64,000 nt of DNA from Desulfatiglandales bacterium (GTDB taxonomy: Bacteria; Desulfobacterota; DSM-4660; Desulfatiglandales; Desulfatiglandaceae), in contig OY759599.1 of NCBI GenBank assembly GCA_963662465.1, positions 5,856,001 through 5,920,000 of the forward strand, in the 5' to 3' direction. Positions within the stretch are counted from its first letter, which is position 1. The number at the start of each line of letters is the position of its first letter. Under the pieces are notes generated by a model. That model was not told the origin of the DNA, did no database searches, and saw only the letters and a program-made list of their open reading frames with translations. The translations under genes and the position numbers were made by a program. Below are positions 58,796 through 64,000 of this stretch, one piece after another.

Positions 58796-59784
58796 AACAG
58801 GGCTTATTACAGATGTTTCATTTGTGTTCACCAGGCGCGGGCATAAGATCCATGCTGCTGTTTACCTTGTGTATGAATCTGCTGGTGGCGCCATCGCATT
58901 CTTTTGGCTGGGAGGATCGGAAAATGACAAAGACTTCTGAAATCGTAACCCGTCAAGCCTACGGTTCCGGACGGTGGTTTCCGGGAAACAGGCAGGAATT
59001 GAAAGGAATGGTTGAGGCATATATGGAGAATGCCCGATTCGACCCTGTCAAGGGGCGGATTGTGGGCGCCATAGCCCCTCATGCCGGATATGTTTATTCC
59101 GGCAAAGTGGCGGGCTTTACTTTTCAGGCCATCCGGGACAACGCCCGACATGCGGGAGCGCCGGAAACGGTGGTGGTGCTGGGGTTGAGCCATTCAGGCG
59201 CTTTCCCCGGGGTAGCCCTCATGGATGGGGATGTCATTGAAACCCCTTTGGGAAAATCCGCCCTTGATGGGGAAGCGGCGGAGATGCTGGCGGCGGAAAG
59301 TTCCCGAATATTTTTCAACTATGGCCCGCACCAGGGTGAACATTCGGCTGAGAATGAAATTCCCTTTGTACAGGCGGCATTGCCGGGTGTAAAAATGGTG
59401 GTAGGGCTCATGGGGGACCATGACCCCGAAACCCTGGATGACCTGGTGGCGGCGCTGGGAGCACTTGCCGAAAAAAAGCGCATTCTGGTCATTGCCAGTA
59501 CCGACATGCTGCACGACCCCAGCTATGATCGGGTCAGGGAAACGGATTTAAAGACCCTGGAAAAGCTGAAGCGGATGGATTTCAAAGGGATTCAAAAAGC
59601 ATGGGGATACGATAAACAGATTTTTTGTGGTATCGGACCCGTTCTGGCCGTCATGAAATTTGCCGAAGCCCTTGGGTGCAAAAAAGGGTCGGTGCTGCAT
59701 TACCGCAACAGCGGGGATGATTTCCCGGAAGGCCGCGGCAGTTGGGTCGTGGGCTACGGATCAGCGGTTTTTGCCGTGGATTAG
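58792..59784 (+). CDS. AmmeMemoRadiSam system protein B (MEMO1 family)
   Basis: APHAGYVYSG, EHSAE, STDMLH, CGIGP, NSGD, VVGY; start uncertain. Confidence 0.9.
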   Translation: MKQGLLQMFHLCSPGAGIRSMLLFTLCMNLLVAPSHSFGWEDRKMTKTSEIVTRQAYGSGRWFPGNRQELKGMVEAYMENARFDPVKGRIVGAIAPHAGYVYSGKVAGFTFQAIRDNARHAGAPETVVVLGLSHSGAFPGVALMDGDVIETPLGKSALDGEAAEMLAAESSRIFFNYGPHQGEHSAENEIPFVQAALPGVKMVVGLMGDHDPETLDDLVAALGALAEKKRILVIASTDMLHDPSYDRVRETDLKTLEKLKRMDFKGIQKAWGYDKQIFCGIGPVLAVMKFAEALGCKKGSVLHYRNSGDDFPEGRGSWVVGYGSAVFAVD

Positions 59785-59788
59785 ACCG

Positions 59789-60709
59789 TCAGGAAACAAA
59801 ATGGTCTAAAATACCGGCGGCCCCATACATTTTGTTTTCCGCCTGCTGCCAGACGATGGATTGCGGTCCCTCGATGACGTCATTCGTGATCTCCAGACCT
59901 CTGTGAGCGGGAAGACAGTGCATTATGTGGGCGTCTTTGGCCGCTACCTTGAGAAGATCGGCGTTGATCTGGTAGCCTTTAAAGATCTCCAATTTTGTTT
60001 TTTCTTCCTCTTCCTCTCCCATGCTGACCCATACATCGGTATAGAGGATATGGGCGCCCAGGGCTGCTTCTTCGGGACTTTCAAAGACCGCCAGTCGGGC
60101 GCCGGTCTTTGCCGCGATGCCGTCGGCTTTGTCAAGGATCTTCGGATCGGGGCAATATCCCTTCGGGCACGCCACGTTCATATGCATCCCCGCCAGGGCG
60201 CAAACCACCAGCAATGAGTGGCACACATTGTTGCCGTCGCCGATATAGGCCAGTTTCAATCCTTGAACGCGTCCCTTAACTTCCAGAACCGTGAAGAGAT
60301 CGCAAACGGCCTGGGTCGGGTGCGCCATATCGCTCAGGCCGTTAATGACCGGGATGCCGGAGTAGCGAGAAAGGTCTTCAACGGTTTGCTGATCATAGAC
60401 GCGCGCGATCAGACCGTCCAGGTAGCTTCCGAACATGCGGCTCGTATCCGCGATGGGTTCCCCGCGTTTGATTTGAAGATCCCCTACCGGCAGGTTTATG
60501 GTGGCGCCGCCCAGCCTGAGGATGGCCGACTCGAAACTGGTCCGGGTGCGAGTGGATGGCTTTTCAAAAAGGATGCCGATCACTTTGTTTCGAAGCACAT
60601 CAAGGATTTTTCCCTGCTTCATGTCATGTTTTAAAACCTTGATCCGGTCAAAGATTTCAAAGAGTTGTTCTGATGAAAGCCCCTGTGCCGTAAGGAATGA
60701 CCCTGCCAT
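59789..60709 (-). CDS. argF: Ornithine carbamoyltransferase
   Basis: STRTR, HPTQ, GDGNNV, SMG, HCLP. Confidence 0.95.
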   Translation of the reverse strand: MAGSFLTAQGLSSEQLFEIFDRIKVLKHDMKQGKILDVLRNKVIGILFEKPSTRTRTSFESAILRLGGATINLPVGDLQIKRGEPIADTSRMFGSYLDGLIARVYDQQTVEDLSRYSGIPVINGLSDMAHPTQAVCDLFTVLEVKGRVQGLKLAYIGDGNNVCHSLLVVCALAGMHMNVACPKGYCPDPKILDKADGIAAKTGARLAVFESPEEAALGAHILYTDVWVSMGEEEEEKTKLEIFKGYQINADLLKVAAKDAHIMHCLPAHRGLEITNDVIEGPQSIVWQQAENKMYGAAGILDHFVS

Positions 60710-60805
60710 TTCAATGCTCCCGTAAGTTGTCGGAAAAAAGTTTTATAACTACCAGTAGGAGAAAAAAAGGTCAAGAACTTTCCGGCGCCGTGTCGGCAAG
60801 GGGGG

Positions 60806-61540
60806 TCAGGCGTATAAAGCCGTTTTCAGATAGGAAAAGCCCAGATCCAGAAGTGCCGTGTCGCTGGTCTTGACTTTTAGGGCCGTATTCTCATCAATCC
60901 CGAATTGTTTCAGGAAGGGGGTCTCAAAGACAAATTCTCGAAACAGGTCCAAGTTGTAGCAGGCCACCATCACCTTTTGCTGTTGGGATTCTTTGATTGG
61001 CGCCTCGGGATTTCTCCGGGGATGGAACAGGATGTTCAGCATCTTGTCGTTCATGGGGATATAAGGCAAAAGGCCCTGGTCATGCACCCATTCGGCCACG
61101 GTCCACGCTTTCTTTTCTGAAAGGCCGCGGCAGTGGGTGATATGAAGAAATGAGAAATATGCATTCGGTTTGTCCCCGTTCGGGTCAATGCCCGAAGATC
61201 GCCCCAAAGGGTATAGGCGGCATGCCGTGGGTCGGTCGTGGTAGATGCCGCATCCTTTGGGTGTTACAAAGGGACATTCGGCATCAGGATCGCCCATCTT
61301 TATGGAGAGGATGGGAAAACCGGATTCCGGGTCCGGTCGATAGACCACATATTGCGAAAGAAAATCATCGGAATGGATGCCGAGATTCGTTTTGATTCTC
61401 AGAATATCATAGGGGGTCAAAGGAAGATGCTTGTTGCGACAGCAAGTGTTGAAGCAGGAAAGCCCTTCATGACATGAGAAATGAAACGCATCCTCAGGTT
61501 TCAATCGTTCTTCCATGGGTGGGGGAGATTCTAAAAACAT
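60806..61540 (-). CDS. YkgJ/CxxCxxCC Fe-S cluster family protein
   Basis: CFNTCC, LTPYD, CPF..GC.IY..RP.ACRLYP. Confidence 0.88.
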   Translation of the reverse strand: MFLESPPPMEERLKPEDAFHFSCHEGLSCFNTCCRNKHLPLTPYDILRIKTNLGIHSDDFLSQYVVYRPDPESGFPILSIKMGDPDAECPFVTPKGCGIYHDRPTACRLYPLGRSSGIDPNGDKPNAYFSFLHITHCRGLSEKKAWTVAEWVHDQGLLPYIPMNDKMLNILFHPRRNPEAPIKESQQQKVMVACYNLDLFREFVFETPFLKQFGIDENTALKVKTSDTALLDLGFSYLKTALYA

Positions 61541-61642
61541 GATTATTTCCTGTTTTATATGAAGTTGAAATTAAAGTGACCGCTTTTTTCCCGATTAGGG
61601 CGATTGAATTTTGATAATGGCGCCATCTTTCGCGTCAAAAAG

Positions 61643-64000
61643 TCACTTATCCTCTATGGCTTTAATGGTTACTGTGGCGCCATTTTTAATGGTGACGCCA
61701 TTTTTAATGGTCAGGGTTCCCTTAAAATATAATGGGCAATTGGCGGTTGATGGAAATACGAAGTCCTCAAGGAGGCCATTGGAGATGTCCGGGCAGGAGA
61801 ACTCCGCGGATCCACCCGGCGGCGGTGGCGGTTCTTCTTCGTCGCCTGTTGAGCCTCTCTCCCCCCGCCGAAAGGAACTTGCATCGCTTTTGGGCGGTAT
61901 GATGATGGTGACATTTTTAGTTGAAATGACCTTGAAAAAATAGCCGGCGCCGCACTGAAGGTTGTCGGTGCTGAGATCCTGTTTTTCATAGCCGTTAAAG
62001 GGGCCGATTCCCGTATAATCCCAAACACATCGTTGTGTCAGTGTGTTTTCGGAACTGGTGACGGCATAGGTGTTGATACCATCGGTGACTTTAATGCTGC
62101 CCAAATTCATATTTTCGCTGACCCATGGCAGAGCTATTATATGCCATCCGGGAGAGAGTCCTTTTTCGTAATCGACGCCGTCGGGCGCGGTCTCGCCCTC
62201 AAATGGAATGGTATCCGTTCGAAGGCTGATCATCCAGAAACCCATGCCGGGAATGATGGGGAGTGTTTGAAAGCTTCCGTCATTGAATTCCAGATAATTT
62301 CCGCTCACCGAGGCGAATCCTCGCCAGCCTGTATTGTTGTAGGGGCCCAGTACGTTTTCCATGGCGGCCAGTATTTGGGCGCCGGTCATGTAAAAGGGGA
62401 CGGTGAAAATCCGGTAATCTGTGATCTGCCCGGTGCCGCCTGGAAGGAGGTAATTATAAACCTGTGTCCCCGCATATTCGTAGGCCCCCATGTCAAAGCC
62501 GGCGCCTTTGGGCCTTTTAAAGCCCTGATAATCCAAGGTAACCGGATCGCCTGCATCTAGGCTGATGGCATCGATGCACGGGGAAGTGCTTTTCAGTTCG
62601 TAACTTCCATAGAGGGGGGGCTTATGGATGTCGTTGGCGCCGGCTGAACAGCCCTCATAATTACCGCCGGCATTGTTCCAAACATCGTTGTAATCAATGA
62701 TTGGGTTGCCCCCCTGGTTTTGTATGCCGTATACACCAAAGTTGCTGATGATATTGTATTTGATCAAAGGGGAAGCGGAACTGGTACTGTCGCTCTCAAG
62801 AATAATGCCGTTAAGTGTCCCGCCATCAATGGTATTGTGATATATCTCAGGGTTGACTGTGGATTGGTTATTGGTTCGCATAAAAATACCAAAAGACATG
62901 GCGCCGGATACAGTTTGGTAAATTACATTATTTTTGATGGTGGGAGAAGCGGAATCGTTGTTAAACGCCTCTATCAGGATGCCGATGGTGTTGTCGAAAA
63001 TAAGGTTCCTGCTGATGATCGGACTGGATTCCGCACGGATGCCGTACTCAAAATTGCGATAGATTTTGCTTTGTTTCACGACTGTATTGTTGCTCCAGAT
63101 GATATCAATGCCATGGGTCAAATTATCAAAAATATCGCACCTATCAATAATGCTGTCGGTAGCATGGCTGACCCTGATTCCCCAATTGTTTCCATAAGCA
63201 CTACAACCGTAGATTCGGTTTTCCGCCCCGTTGGTAATCCGAATGCCTTCTTCATCGACATCAGAGAACCCAGTAACATGCAAGCTTTTGACGGTAACGC
63301 TTGACCCGGTGATTTCCAGACCCCTGGTCCAGTTCTGTGCATTTGCTCCGTCAATAATCGGTATTGTCCCGGCTTCAGCGACGACGGTAACAGTGTCCTG
63401 AGAGATGATCAGTTCCGTATCCGCTTCCCCGTCGGCTACCCTGTAGTAGGTGCTGGAGCCCCCCGGCGCCACATATAAGGTGTATGTTCCCGTACTCCCC
63501 CCGTTTATCTGAGCAATGGCAAAGTGCAGGGTTTTCCAGGGTGCGCCTGAGCTGCCGTCATCGGAGTCGCTGCCGCTTTCAATATTCACGTAGTAAGTCC
63601 CGGCGCCGATAGTAGCCAGCTTCACGTTATAGGTAGGATCATCTTTGAAATGGATCCACCCGACATTCTCCGACCAGGCATACCCGTCAAAAGAACCGGT
63701 AGCAGGGTCAATGATCACCTGGCTGTTTGAAGAATTGAAGTTGATCCAGCCTGCGATTTCACTCCATGCATAGCCTGAAAGTCCGCCCGTACCGCTGTCC
63801 CGGTTTACGCCCCAGTTGGAACTGGTGGTGTTACCATAAGGTCCTGTCCCCGAACCTAACTTTACCCAGCCGATATTCTCGGCCCAGGCGTAGCCGGAAA
63901 GATAGGCGTCATAGACCGTGACCCCTGCGTCGGTGGGGCGGAAATTGAACCAGCCTGCGTTTTCCAACCAGGCGTATTTATTGGTGGTATCGATGTTCCC
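61643..64000 (-). CDS. Secreted/surface protein with GYAWSE repeats and parallel beta-helix (5' end outside window)
   Basis: Repeated GYAW(S/A)E(N/I)xGW, PWKTL, PbH1-like repeats, RP.G.GFDMGAYEY. Confidence 0.82.
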   Translation of the reverse strand, partial: GNIDTTNKYAWLENAGWFNFRPTDAGVTVYDAYLSGYAWAENIGWVKLGSGTGPYGNTTSSNWGVNRDSGTGGLSGYAWSEIAGWINFNSSNSQVIIDPATGSFDGYAWSENVGWIHFKDDPTYNVKLATIGAGTYYVNIESGSDSDDGSSGAPWKTLHFAIAQINGGSTGTYTLYVAPGGSSTYYRVADGEADTELIISQDTVTVVAEAGTIPIIDGANAQNWTRGLEITGSSVTVKSLHVTGFSDVDEEGIRITNGAENRIYGCSAYGNNWGIRVSHATDSIIDRCDIFDNLTHGIDIIWSNNTVVKQSKIYRNFEYGIRAESSPIISRNLIFDNTIGILIEAFNNDSASPTIKNNVIYQTVSGAMSFGIFMRTNNQSTVNPEIYHNTIDGGTLNGIILESDSTSSASPLIKYNIISNFGVYGIQNQGGNPIIDYNDVWNNAGGNYEGCSAGANDIHKPPLYGSYELKSTSPCIDAISLDAGDPVTLDYQGFKRPKGAGFDMGAYEYAGTQVYNYLLPGGTGQITDYRIFTVPFYMTGAQILAAMENVLGPYNNTGWRGFASVSGNYLEFNDGSFQTLPIIPGMGFWMISLRTDTIPFEGETAPDGVDYEKGLSPGWHIIALPWVSENMNLGSIKVTDGINTYAVTSSENTLTQRCVWDYTGIGPFNGYEKQDLSTDNLQCGAGYFFKVISTKNVTIIIPPKSDASSFRRGERGSTGDEEEPPPPPGGSAEFSCPDISNGLLEDFVFPSTANCPLYFKGTLTIKNGVTIKNGATVTIKAIEDK

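Noticed and set aside
61643..61645. TGA as selenocysteine
   Set aside because: No Cys/redox context or evident SECIS

Overview
Bacterial chromosomal DNA. Gene content and style suggest a sulfate-reducing deltaproteobacterium (Desulfobacterota); this is inference. 1-28.8 kb is housekeeping and signalling: ruvC start, yebC, rlmE, a FIST/hybrid kinase/REC-cyclase module, a flavoprotein trio plus abfD, REC/PAS kinase-HDOD-degenerate HD-GYP, a nucleotide-sugar dehydrogenase, livKHMGF, folE2, a transformylase-only purH, efp and epmA. 48.5-64 kb is similar: porin plus ABC transporter, J-domain protein, degenerate kinase, dnaE, AmmeMemoRadiSam B, argF, YkgJ and a secreted beta-helix protein. Between them (about 29-48.4 kb) lies a visibly more AT-rich accessory region that reads as a decayed integron: a truncated intI pseudogene, a candidate attI, four complete attC sites and one partial attC with perfectly chained R-boxes, and HEPN, exonuclease, BrnTA and MqsRA cassettes. 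The first cassette has been invaded by nested elements. The standout is a 3.17-kb large-serine-recombinase element inserted, between 13-bp direct repeats, exactly at the domain V/VI junction of an ORF-less group II intron. One of its genes is split by the att site: RBS and ATG lie at one end of the element and the gene body at the other, so the gene is intact only on the excised circle.
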